64,000 bases of DNA from Macrostomum lignano (taxonomy: Eukaryota), in the NCBI GenBank assembly GCA_002269645.1, contig NIVC01001588.1:1-64000 (forward strand), given 5' to 3'. Below the pieces are notes generated by a model. The model saw only the letters and a list, made by a program, of their open reading frames with translations. It had not been told where the DNA came from and did not search any database. The position numbers and the translations under genes are program-made. Below are positions 38,671-50,400 of this stretch, piece by piece (the first letter of the stretch is position 1; every line of letters begins with the position of its first letter).

Positions 38671-41300
38671 GGCCGATCAGGTGGAAGCCCAGGCCATGTG
38701 GTGCAACAGGTGGCGCATCAGCGCCAAGCGAGCGTCCGAACGCAGCTCCCAGCTATTCTATGCCGCCTTCCTGCGCGCCACCGGGCCAAGCGAGGGCTTC
38801 GCGTTTGCCAAGTCTGTCGGCCGGCTCGGCATGGAGGTTTGGGCTCGCTGCTAGCTTAGTTCTTGCAGCTCCTCTCATCATTTGCCGAGTCTCACTCACA
38901 GATACTAGAGTAACTGGGGTGGCTCTCACCTCACCTGGTTCCTAGTCTCGCCTGATCTGGTTCCTAGTCTCACCTCACCTGGTTCCTAGTCTCACCTGAC
39001 CTGGTTCCTAGTCTCACCTCACCTGGTTCCTAGTCTCACCTGACCTGGTTCCTAGTCTCACCTCACCTGGTTCCTAGTCTCACCTGACCTGGTTCCTAGT
39101 CTCACCTGACCTGGTTCCTAGTCTCACCTCACCTGGTTCCTAGTCTCTCCTGACCTGGTTCCTAGTCTCACCTGACCTGATTCCTAGTCTCACCTGACCT
39201 GGTTCCTTGGTCTGGTTAATCTTCTATCTCACCCTGTCTCTCCTCTCCTGACGCTCAGTCCTCACCCAACCCAACCGCAATCGCAGGTGATGATTCCCCA
39301 GCTGCTGTTCACCACTAGATTGGACTATCAGCGACTCCAATCGCAGTGCCCCGGCCTGGTGGTGAGACGGCGGCAGAAGGCCTGCAACCTGGTGTTCCCG
39401 CCCGCTGGCAGCTGCCCGCACCGGCTGACGCTCAAGCTGAACTTCCGCTCCGAGGTGCCCGTCTACCTGGAGGCGTCCGAAGATAATCTGTTGCAAATTA
39501 ATCTGCGAATTCGCCGGCCGGAATGTCCGAAATGCGCCGCTAATCAGCAAGACAGTCAGGAAACGGCCGGGTCAGCGCCGCATTCGCTTTCAGTTGTTGC
39601 AGACTCTGACGAGAGCGAACTGGAAGAGATTTCGGATACTGACGAAGAGTCTGGCTCCGCTAGTGTAAGCTCTTTGTCATTGCCCGAATCCAGAATCTTC
39701 GACACCAACCCCATCCTTCATGAATCTCCCCATCCCCATCCTTCATGAATCTCCCCATCCCCATCCTTCCTTCATGAATCTCCCCATCCCCATCATTCAC
39801 GAATCTCCCCCAACCCCATCATTCACTAATCTCCCCAACCCCATCATTCACTAATCTCCCCAACCCCATCATTCACTAATCTCCCCAACCCCATCATTCA
39901 CTAATCTCCCCCAATCCCATCATTCACGAATCTCCCCCAACCCCATCATTCACTAATCTCCCCAACCCCATCATTCACTAATCTCCCCCAATCCCATCAT
40001 TCACGAATCTCCCCCAACCCCATCATTCACTAATCTCCCCAACCCCATCATTCACGAATCTCCCCCAACCCCATCATTCACTAATCTCCCCAACCCCATC
40101 ATTCACTAATCTCCCCAACCCCATCATTCACTAATCTCCCCCAATCCCATCATTCACGAATCTCCCCCAACCCCATCATTCACTAATCTCCCCAACCCCA
40201 TCATTCACTAATCTCCCCAACCCCATCATTCACTAATCTCCCCAACCCCATCATTCACTAATCTCCCCAATCCCATCATTCACGAATCTCCCCCAACCCC
40301 ATCATTCACTAATCTCCCCAACCCCATCATTCACTAATCTCCCCCAATCCCATCATTCACGAATCTCCCCCAACCCCATCATTCACTAATCTCCCCAACC
40401 CCATCATTCACTAATCTCCCCCAATCCCATCATTCACGAATCTCCCCCAACCCCATCATTCACTAATCTCCCCAACCCCATCATTCACTAATCTCCCCAA
40501 CCCCATCATTCACTAATCTCCCCAACCCCATCATTCACTAATCTCCCCCAACCCCATCATTCACGAATCTCCCCCAACCCCATCATTCACTAATCTCCCC
40601 AACCCCATCATTCACTAATCTCCCCCAATCCCATCATTCACGAATCTCCCCCAACCCCATCATTCACTAATCTCCCCAACCCCATCATTCACTAATCTCC
40701 CCAACCCCATCATTCACTAATCTCCCCTATCCGCATCATTCACTAATCTCCCCAACCCCATCATTCACGAATCTCCCCTATCCCCATCATTCACTAATCT
40801 CCCCTATCCGCATCATTCACGAATCACTAATCTCCCCTATCCCCATCATTCACTAATCTCCCCTATCCGCATCATTCACGAATCACTAATCTCCCCTATC
40901 CCCATCATTCACTAATCTCCCCTATCCGCATCATTCACGAATCACTAATCTCCCCCAACCCCATCTTGCACCAAGAGTCGCCCCGACCCCATTCCAATAT
41001 GAAACGCCACAACCACTTATTGACCTCCCACCACCTTGACCTTCACTACAGTCCAATAATGACAGCGGAGCCAGCGCCAGCAGCCACAGCGAGCCAGACT
41101 GTGCCTCAAACTCTAATGCCGAATCGACCACCGCTGTCGCCGCCTCCGCTGCTGCTGCCGCCTCGGCAGCGAAGGCCGCCGCGGAGGCCAAGAGGCTGGC
41201 AAAGAGGGCCGAATCTGCCGCACGCCAGGCCGCCAGCGCCGCAAAAGCCGCCGAGGCTGCGGCCGCTGCGATAAACAGCAGGAAAGTGTCACGAAAGTAG
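31827..41300 (+). CDS. DIS3L2: Second DIS3L2-type RNase II/RNB exoribonuclease, copy B (~1162 aa), with presequence-like N-terminus; exons 31827-32294, 32428-32688, 33698-33814, 34286-34756, 35290-35586, 36398-36621, 37084-37595, 38325-38836, 39287-39664, 41052-41300
   Basis: [70 protein letters not shown] and [13 protein letters not shown] are DIS3L2-type motifs (not DIS3-type DPPGC..DIDD). There is no PIN domain. Splice phases are consistent from ATG to TAG 41298-41300. The N-terminal and last exons are less certain than the core. Confidence 0.85.
32730..33290 (+). repeat. 16-18-bp C-rich minisatellite, DIS3L2-B intron 2
   Basis: CACCTCACTCCGCAAC / CACCTCACTCCCTCACC units. Confidence 0.92.
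33895..34255 (+). repeat. Minisatellite, DIS3L2-B intron 3
   Basis: TAGCTGACTCA(CCTGCTGTCAC/TCT) modules. Confidence 0.92.
34790..35250 (+). repeat. Degenerate ~30-bp repeat, DIS3L2-B intron 4
   Basis: Recurrent GACCTCATTGACCCCTCACT-like modules. Confidence 0.7.
35775..36270 (+). repeat. 27-bp minisatellite, DIS3L2-B intron 5
   Basis: CCTAGAATCCCAGATCCCCCAATTTCC units. Confidence 0.92.
36860..37050 (+). mobile_element. Diverged SINE family 1 relative (DIS3L2-B intron 6)
   Basis: Collinear with the SINE body (gagagccaaccccc..gtgtacatg..gctgtacac..gtgtgcct), with a degenerate B box ggtttgattc. Confidence 0.6.
37685..38250 (+). repeat. 17-19-bp minisatellite mosaic, DIS3L2-B intron 7
   Basis: ATACCAGTGACC(CCATCA/TAGCT) units. 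Confidence 0.9.
38925..39210 (+). repeat. 22-bp minisatellite, DIS3L2-B intron 8
   Basis: CCTGGTTCCTAGTCTCACCT(GA/CA) units. Confidence 0.92.
39705..40965 (+). repeat. ~24-bp minisatellite, DIS3L2-B intron 9
   Basis: CCCCATCATTCAC(T/G)AATCTCCCCAA units. Confidence 0.94.
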
Positions 41301-41544
41301 CCAGTAGCTACTCATAAGTAGCGTGTGGATGGCTTGCTTATTTTCATGTTTCTCTGTTTTCCTTGAGTTGCCGGTCATCGCTCAGATTTAGCGATCCGCT
41401 GCTTTATAAAAACATCTTTTTTAACTGGTGCTTTTCTGTCTTATCTGTGAGGTCGAAATATCTTTTTGAATTTGTCACACCTGGAACTAAAGTGCTTCTT
41501 TGTTTATGACCTCTTAAGTAGTGTTAGCTGACTTTAATGACCCT

Positions 41545-42170
41545 TTTGCCAGATGATCTCACTGATCCCTTGTCTTGGTGACCTCACTGACCCCTTTTGT
41601 TAGATGACCTCACTGATCCCTTGTCTTGGTGACCTCACTGACCCCTTGTTCTGGTGACCTCACTGACTCCTTTTACAGATGACCTCACTGACCCCCTTGT
41701 TAGATGACCTCACTGACCCCCTTGTTAGATGACCTCACTGACCCCCTTGTTAGATGACCTCACTGACCCCCTTGTTAGATGACCTCACTGACCCCCTTGT
41801 TAGATGACCTCACTGACCCCCTTGTTAGATGACCTCACTGACCCCCTTGTTAGATGACCTCACTGACCCCCTTGTTAGATGACCTCACTGACCCCTTGTT
41901 AGATGACCTCACTGATCTCTTGTCCTGGTGATTTCACTGACCCCTTGTCTTGGTGATTTCACTGACCCCTTGTCTTGGTGATTTCACTGACCCCTTGTCT
42001 TGGTGATTTCACTGACTCCTTTTACAGATGACCTCACTGACCCCTTTGTCAGATGACCTCACTGACCCCTTTGTCAGATGACCTCACTGACTCCTTTGAC
42101 AGATGACCTCACTGACCCCTTGTCCTGATGACCTCACTGACCCGTTATCTTGGTGACCTCACTGACCTCT
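41545..42170 (+). repeat. ~25-bp minisatellite downstream of DIS3L2-B
   Basis: GATGACCTCACTGACCCCCTTGTTA units. Confidence 0.9.
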
Positions 42171-42659
42171 TGTCAAGAGTCATCACGGACCCTCTAGTTT
42201 TTGTTAGCATGGCAGGTTTTCAGGCGCGAGTCTGCCTGCTTAACACCCTCTGTCATTATTTTATGAACAATTTGCATTCAAGTTTGCAAATGTAGCGCAA
42301 TTAAGACAAAATAGAAACAACATGCATTTTTGCCAATCACGCCTTTACACAGTAAAAATGTAGAAGTATTTTGCATTCTTATAAACTGTATGAGACTGCT
42401 GGTCTTTGTGTCTCATAATTGGTATTTCTGAGTTGTCAATTGCAGCAGTGATTGCCGGGTATTTGAGAACTATGCTTGCTGAAAAATACATCTGTGACGG
42501 AAATATTTTCTGTTATTTATTTGAATACTACGCTCGTGTGTTCATTTTATTTGCTTTTGTCAAGCGTCCGTGTGTTAGCATTTTCATTCATTGGTCTATT
42601 AGTTATCAATGATGTACCGTTTCCGTAGAAATTTATGCAGCTTGGGCTTAGCAATCCAG

Positions 42660-44368
42660 ATATAATCAACATCTGTTGCATAGCAACCAGCTTTTAGTCG
42701 GTGTCTGTTGCATAGCAACCAGCTTTTAGTCGGTGTCTGTTGCATAGCGACCCCGTTGGAAAAGTTATGCACCTGCAGAGGCACAAAAGGTGAGCGAGGT
42801 GCACAAAAGAGGCACTTTGGTGGCCTATTTCGTGTGTGCTTTGGAAATGCACCTGAGTGCACCTTTTATGCCTAAATGTCACCAATTTTTGAAAAGAGGC
42901 ATGAAAGGTGTAAAATCGGTGAAGTGGTCAGGCAGTAGGTGAATTCTCAATTTTGATTGGTTGCGGCGGTAGGGGCAGTAAAGGTGTACAAGGGGCACTG
43001 GAGGTGCGCAAAAGGTGAAGAGTAGGCTCACAAGTGAGGCACAGCAGGTGCAGGAAAGGTGCTGAAGGGGCGCAGAAAGCGCATGAAAGGTGAATTAGAG
43101 GTGCATTTAAGGTGCATTTAAGGTGCATTTCAGGCACGAAAGGTGAATTAGAGGTGCATAAGGTGTACATGTGCGTAAATATGTATACAGGTGCATTTCC
43201 AAAACACGCTCGAAATAGACCCCTAAAGTGCCTCTTTTGTGCACCTCGCTCACCTTTCATGCCTATGCACGAATTAACGCATTAATAATTTGTAACAAAA
43301 TTAACTGAGAGTTACATACTCGTACATTGCACGCACAGATTGAACATAGAAAAGCTTTATTTACACCTATACTAATCGCTGCTATCCCCTTCCTACTCCT
43401 GACAAACCACGAAACTAAACATTTCCTATACTGATAAGTCTTAATGACTTTCAAATACTCAGGAAAAGTTCCGAAAAGTGATGAAAAGGTTTGCATTAGT
43501 GAGGAAAAATTTCCAATAGTGAGAAAAGAAAGCAAATAACTTCGCCAGTTGAAACTTTAACGCCCCTTGCATTGCCTCTACGCCTAAAGTGCCCACTGTG
43601 CACCTTTTATTCACCTTTCGTGCCTCCAGTGCACACTGTACACTTTTTCTGCACCTCCACAGCAGCGCACATTTTATTCACTTTTCACTCCCCCCAATGC
43701 CCCCAATTCCTACTTTATTCACCTTTCGTGCCTCCAGTGCACACTGTACACTTTTTCTGCACCTCCACAGCAGCGCACATTTTATTCACTTTTCACTCCC
43801 CCCAATGCCCCCAATTCCTACTTTATTCACCTTTCGTGCCTCCAGTGCACACTGTACACTTTTTCTGCACCTCCACAGCAGCGCACATTTTATTCACTTT
43901 TCACTCCCCCCAATGCCCCCAATTCCTACTTTATTCACCTTCTGTGCCTCAACGCACACTGTGCACCTTTTATGCACCTAACTCCCCAACGACACCTGTG
44001 CCCCTACCGCCTATTTCGTGCCTCAAATTCACCTTCCGCCCCTGCAGAGGCACTCAGGTGAACAAAAGGTGCACAAGTGGCACAAAATAGGCATAAGAGA
44101 GGCGAAAGTCAGGCAGAAGGTGCAAAACTCTTCACCTTTCGTGCCTACTTTAAAAACTCAAAATCCAACGGGGACCAGCTATTAGTCGTTATCTGTTGCA
44201 TAGCAACCAGCTATTAGTCGTTATCTGTTGCATAGCAACCAGCTATTAGTCGTTATCTGTTGCATAGCAACCAGCTATTAGTCGTTTCTGTTGCATAGCA
44301 ACCAGCTATTAGTCGGTCTCTACTGCATAGCAACCAGCTATTAGTCGGTATCTGTTGCATAGCAACCG
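42660..44368 (+). repeat. ~31-bp minisatellite with palindrome GTTGCATAGCAAC, split by the 1.4-kb transposon
   Basis: About 3 units lie left of the insertion (42660-42751) and about 6 right (44173-44368). Confidence 0.9.
42752..44172. mobile_element. Non-autonomous DNA transposon (1.4 kb): TIR CCCGTTGGA/TCCAACGGG, 3-bp TSD GAC, inserted in a minisatellite unit
   Basis: Left tagc-gac|cccgttgga and right tccaacggg|gac-cagct reconstitute the host unit tagc(g/a)accagct. It has a 70-bp internal inverted repeat, a 108-bp x3 tandem repeat and many aaaggtg/caccttt motifs. No transposase ORF. Confidence 0.75.
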
Positions 44369-44443
44369 GTGCCAAATTGACCTAGCATAAATCTGCATAG
44401 CTAAAACGAAAACTATATGCTTTGTCAACTATTGCAGTCAAAA

Positions 44444-47400
44444 ATGAGTCACAAACAAGCGGAACCGGCCATGCGTCAAGTGCATTGGCGCACCGACGAA
44501 TTGAATTTTTTAAGCCTGGACACGCAGTCGCTAATCTCCAAGGCAACCGCCTTCGCTGGCGGCAGTCGCAACAATCGCATGCAGGCCGATGTTGAAGCCC
44601 TGGCGCTGCGGGTACTGCAGACAGTGGTTAGTGCTGCTCTGATGGGACTGACTTCAATTTTATTTTTGAGATACTTGGGAGATAGATCTTCAGGTAGGAG
44701 GATGTTTAATGGACGTTTAAATAAGAGGATTTTTAATGGATCTTCAGGTAGGATCTTTAATGGATCTTCAGGTAGGAGGATGTTTAATGGACGTTTAAAT
44801 AAGAGGATTTTTAATGGATCTTCAGGTAGGATCTTTAATGGATCTTCAGGTAGGATCTTTAATGGATCTTCAGGTAGTATGATGTATGGATCTTCAGGTA
44901 GGATCTTTAATGGATCTTCAGGTAGGATGATGTTTAATGGACGTTTAAATAAGAGGATTTTTAATGGATCTTCAGGTAGGATCTTTAATGGATCTTCAGG
45001 TAGGATCTTTAATGGATCTTCAGGTAGGATCTTTAATGGATCTTCAGTTAGGATCTTTAATCGATCTTCAGGTAGGATGATGTTTAATGGATCTTCAGGT
45101 AGGATGATGTTTAATGGATCTTCAGGTAGGATCTTTAATGGATCTTCAGGTAGGAGGATGTTTAATGGATCTTCAGGTAGGATCTTTAATGGATCTTCAG
45201 GTAGGATCTTTAATGGATCTTCAGTTAGGATCTTTAATCGATCTTCAGGTAGGATGATGTTTAATGGATCTTCAGTTAGGATCTTTAATCGATCTTCAGG
45301 TAGGATGATGTTTAATGGATCTTCAGGTAGGATGATGTTTAATGGATCTTCAGGTAGGATCTTTAATGGATCTTCAGGTAGGAGGATGTTTAATGGACGT
45401 TTAAATAAGAGGATTTTTAATGGATCTTCAGGTAGGATCTTTAATGGATCTTCAGGTAGGAGGATGTTTAATGGACGTTTAAATAAGAGGATTTTTAATG
45501 GATCTTCAGGTAGGATCTTTAATGGATCTTCAGGTAGGAGGATGTTTAATGGACGTTTAAATAAGAGGATTTTTAATGGATCTTCAGGTAGGATCTTTAA
45601 TGGATCTTCAGGTAGTATGATGTATGGATCTTCAGGTAGGATCTTTAATGGATCTTCAGGTAGGATGATGTTTAATGGACGTTTAAATAAGATGATTTTT
45701 AATGGATCTTCAGGTAGGATCTTTAATGGATCTTCAGGTAGGAGGATGTTTAATGGACGTTTAAATAAGAGGATTTTTAATGGATCTTCAGGTAGGATCT
45801 TTAATGGATCTTCAGGTAGGATTTTTAATGGATCTTCAGGTAGGATCTTTAATGGATCTTCAGGTAGGATTTTTAATGGATCTTCAGGTTGGATTTTTAA
45901 TGGATCTTCAGGTAGGAGGGTGTTTAATGGATCTTCAAGGCCTAAGGAGGATGTTTAATGAATGTTTAAATAGGAGAATGTTTATCAACCTTCAGGTGGG
46001 CATAGTGTTTAATGAATCTTTGGGTAGACGGGTGTTGCATAAATCTTCGGATAAGAGATACTTAAATTATGTTCAGGGAGGAGGATGTTGAGACCAGAGT
46101 GTTATCAAGGTAGCTGCACACAGATCGCTCGCCAACGCCACTTAAATTGTTGCCCAACAACCGCAGGCGAACATAGTGAAATCCGTCTGCTTCTGGGAGG
46201 CGGCAATCATCCGCTGCTCAGGGCCTGAGCCGTCCGCTCTGACTGACGATTCAGAATTTTCAGGCGAGGAGGCCTACAAACTTGAATCGACTCACTCCAG
46301 CTTTGAGAGACAGCGGCGGCTCCGGCTGCTCTGCTCAACCCTGAGCTCTCCTCACACAGACCGGCTTGTTGCAGCTGTAAGCTCTGGTGAAATCAAGAAT
46401 CAAATTTGCGTGCTAATGTATACCTGTACATACACAGTCCTGATGTACACCTGTACACACACAGTCCTGATGTACGCCTGTACACACAGTCCTTATGTAC
46501 ACCCGTACACACAACAGTCCTGATGTACACCTGTACACACACAGTCCTGATGTACACCCGTACACACAACAGTCCTGATGTACGCCTGTACACACAGTCC
46601 TTATGTACACCCGTACACACAACAGTCCTGATGTACACCTGTACACACACAGTCCTGATGTAAACCCGTACACACACAGTCCTGATGTACACCCGTACAC
46701 ACAACAGTCCTGATGTACACCTGTACACACACAGTCCTTATGTACACCCGTACACACAACAGTCCTGATGTACACCTGTACACACACAGTCCTGATGTAA
46801 ACCCGTACACACACAGTCCTGATGTACACCCGTACACACAACAGTCCTGATGTACACCTGAACACAACAGCGTTAGTGTTAAGCACCAATGAACGGCATA
46901 ACCAAATCGCTTCGCTTTCCTTTCCGCTCACTGCAGTCCAATGCAGCCCAAACAGAAAACGCTGTCTTCTCGCTGACCTCCCACGACTGCGTCGACTGCC
47001 TGAACGCCTGCGGCCCGCGGGCTCGCCGCCTCGCCTCACTGTTGCACTCGCGGCCGCTAAAAGAAATCCAGTCCACCCTGCTGCAGGGCGCTGCCAGCAG
47101 GGCCGGCTCTGGGGCCTGCGATGGCACAGCCAGCCAGCCTGGACTGGGTGCGGTTACAGTGTTATCACCTCCCACATCCTCATCCCTTCTCTCATCACTT
47201 CCCATCCTTATCCCCTCATCCCCATCCTATCCTCATCCCTTCCCATCCCCTCATCCCAATACCCTCCCTCATCCCCTCATCCCCATTCCCCTCCCTCATC
47301 CCCTCATCCCCATCCCCACTCCCAGATCCTCATCCCCCTCATCCCCATCCCAGATCCTCATCCCCTCCCTCATTCCCATTATCCCCATCCAAGATCCTCA

Positions 47401-50400
47401 TCCCCTCACCCCCTCATCTCCATCCCCTCTCATCCTCATCCCCTCATCCCCATCCTCTCCCTCATCCCCTCTTCCTCAACCCCTCTTCCTCATCCTCATC
47501 CCCTCATCCCTCATCCCCTCTTCCTCACCCCTCTTCCTCATCCCCTCCCTCATTCCCATTATCCCCATCCCAGATCCTCATCCCCTCACGCCCCTCATCC
47601 CCATCCCAAATCCTTCCAAATCCTCATCCCTCCCATCCTCATCCCCTCATCCCCATACCCTCCCATCCTCTCTCACCCTCATCCGCCTCACCCGCATCCC
47701 TCCCACATCCGCACAACCCGCAGGCGTGTCATTCTACCAGCCAAACACCGGCGATGTCAGTGAGGATCTCCGCAGGCGACTGTCGGCCACTGTGACCGAC
47801 TACCTGTCCGAGTCTGCTCAGCCGAACTGTCGGCGTGTCGTCCATTTCGCCGGCTGCTGCCTGCTAGTGAGCAGCTCCGCTCAGCAGCAGCGGCCGCAGG
47901 CGCAGGCAGGCGCCGCTACAACCAGCAGGTCCGTAAATTTTAGCGGCACCTTCTCGACTGGCGGCGGCACCGCCTCCTCTGGTCCCGCCGCCTCCTCTGG
48001 TCCCGCCGCCTCCTCTGGTCCCGCCGCCTCCGCTGGCCCCGCCGCCTCCGCTGGCCCCGCCGCCTCCTCTGGCCCCGCCGCCTCCGCCTCGGCGGCCATC
48101 TTTCGTTCTCAAATCTGTGAGTTTGATGCTTACAGTGCCTTCGATAGGGAATGTCTATTACGGCATGTCTATTGAGAATGCCTATTAGGGAATGTCTATT
48201 AGGGAATGTCTATTATGGAATGTCTATTAGGGAATGCCTATTAGGGAATGTCTATTAGGAAATGTCTATTAGGAAATGTCTATTAGGGAATTTCTATGAG
48301 GGAATGTCTATTAGGGAATGTCTGTTAGGGAATGTCTATTAAGGAATGTCTATTAGGAAATGTCTATTAGGGAATTTCTATGAGGGAATGTCTATTAGGG
48401 AATGTCTGTTAGGGAATGTCTATTATGGAATGTCTATTAGGGAATGTCTATTAGGAAATGTCTATTAGGAAATGTCTATTAGGGAATTTCTATGAGGGAA
48501 TGTCTATTAGGGAATGTCTGTTAGGGAATGTCTATTAAGGAATGTCTATTAGGAAATGTCTATTAGGGAATGTCTATTAGGGAATGTCTATTAGGGAATG
48601 TCTATTAGGGAATGTCTATTAGGGAATGTCTATTAGGGAATGTCTATTACGGCATGTCTATTGAGAATGCCTATTAGGGAATGTCTATTAGGGAATGTCT
48701 ATTATGGAATGTCTATTAGGGAATGTCTATTAGGAAATGTCTATTAGGAAATGTCTATTAGGGAATTTCTATGAGGGAATGTCTATTAGGGAATGTCTAT
48801 TAGGGAATGTCTGTTATGGAATGTCTATTAGGAAATGTCTATTAGGGAATGTCTATTAGAGAATGTCTATTAGGGAATGTCTATTAGGGAATATCTATTA
48901 GAAAATGTCTATTAGGAAATGTCTATTAGGAAATGTCTATTAGGGAATGTCTATTAGGGAATGTCTATTAGGGAATGTCTATTATGGAATGTCTGTTATG
49001 GAATGTCTATTATGGAATTTCTGTTAGAGAATGTCTATTAGGGAATGTCTATTATGGAATGTCTATTATGGAATGTCTGTTAGGAAATGTCTATTAGGAA
49101 ATGTCTATTAGGGAATTTCTATGAGGGAATGTCTATTAGGGAATGTCTATTAGGGAATGTCTATTAAGGAATGTCTATTAGGAAATGTCTTTTAGGGAAT
49201 GTCTATTAGAGAATGTCTATTAGGGAATGTCTATTAGGGAATATCTATTAGAAAATGTCTATTAGGAAATGTCTATTAGGAAATGTCTATTAGGGAATGT
49301 CTATTAGGGAATGTCTATTAGGGAATGTCTATTAGGGAATGTCTGTTAGGGAATGTCTATTATGGAATGTCTGTTAGGGAATGTCTATTAGGGAATGTCT
49401 GTTAGGGAATGTCTATTAGGGAATTTCTATGAGGGAATGTCTATTAGGGAATGTCTATTAGGGAATGTCTATTAGGAAATGTCTATTAGGGAATTTCTAT
49501 GAGGGAATGTCTATTAGGGAATGTCTATTAGGGAATGTCTATTAAGGAATGTCTATTAGGAAATGTCTATTAGGGAATGTCTATTAGAGAATGTCTATTA
49601 GGGAATGTCTATTAGGGAATATCTATTAGAAAATGTCTATTAGGAAATGTCTATTAGGAAATGTCTATTAGGGAATGTCTATTAGGGAATGTCTATTAGG
49701 GAATGTCTATTAGGGAATGTCTGTTAGGGAATGTCTATTATGGAATGTCTGTTAGGGAATGTCTATTAGGGAATGTCTGTTAGGGAATGTCTATTAGGGA
49801 ATGTCTATTAGGGAATGTCTGTTAGGGAATGTCTGTTAGGGAATGTCTATTAGGAAATGTCTGTTAGGGAATGTCTATTATGGAATGTCTATTATGGAAT
49901 GTCTATTATGGAATGTCTATTATGGAATGTCTGTTAGGGAATGTCTATTATGGAATGTCTATTATGGAATGTCTGTTAGGGAATGTCTATTATGGAATGT
50001 CTATTATGGAATTTCTGTTAGAGAATGTCTATTAGGGAATGTCTATTATGGAATGTCTATTATGGAATGTCTGTTAGGAAATGTCTATTAGGAAATGTCT
50101 GTTAGGGAATTTCTATGAGGGAATGTCTATTAGGGAATGTCTATTAGGGAATGTCTACCAGGGAATTTCTATTAGGTTATTTCTATTAGGAAATGTCTGT
50201 TAGGGAATGTCTATTAGAGAATGTCTATTAGGGAATGTCTATTATGGAATGTCTGTTAGGGAATGTCTATTATGGAATGTCTGTTAGGGAATGTCTATTA
50301 TGGAATGTCTGTTAGGGAATGTCTATTATGGAATGTCTATTATGGAATTTCTGTTAGAGAATGTCTATTAGGGAATGTCTATTATGGAATGTCTATTATG

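Noticed and set aside
3906-41300. Functional stress/mitophagy cluster (DJ-1, ATG7, DIS3L2)
   Set aside because: Neighbourhood alone gives no evidence of co-function in an animal genome.
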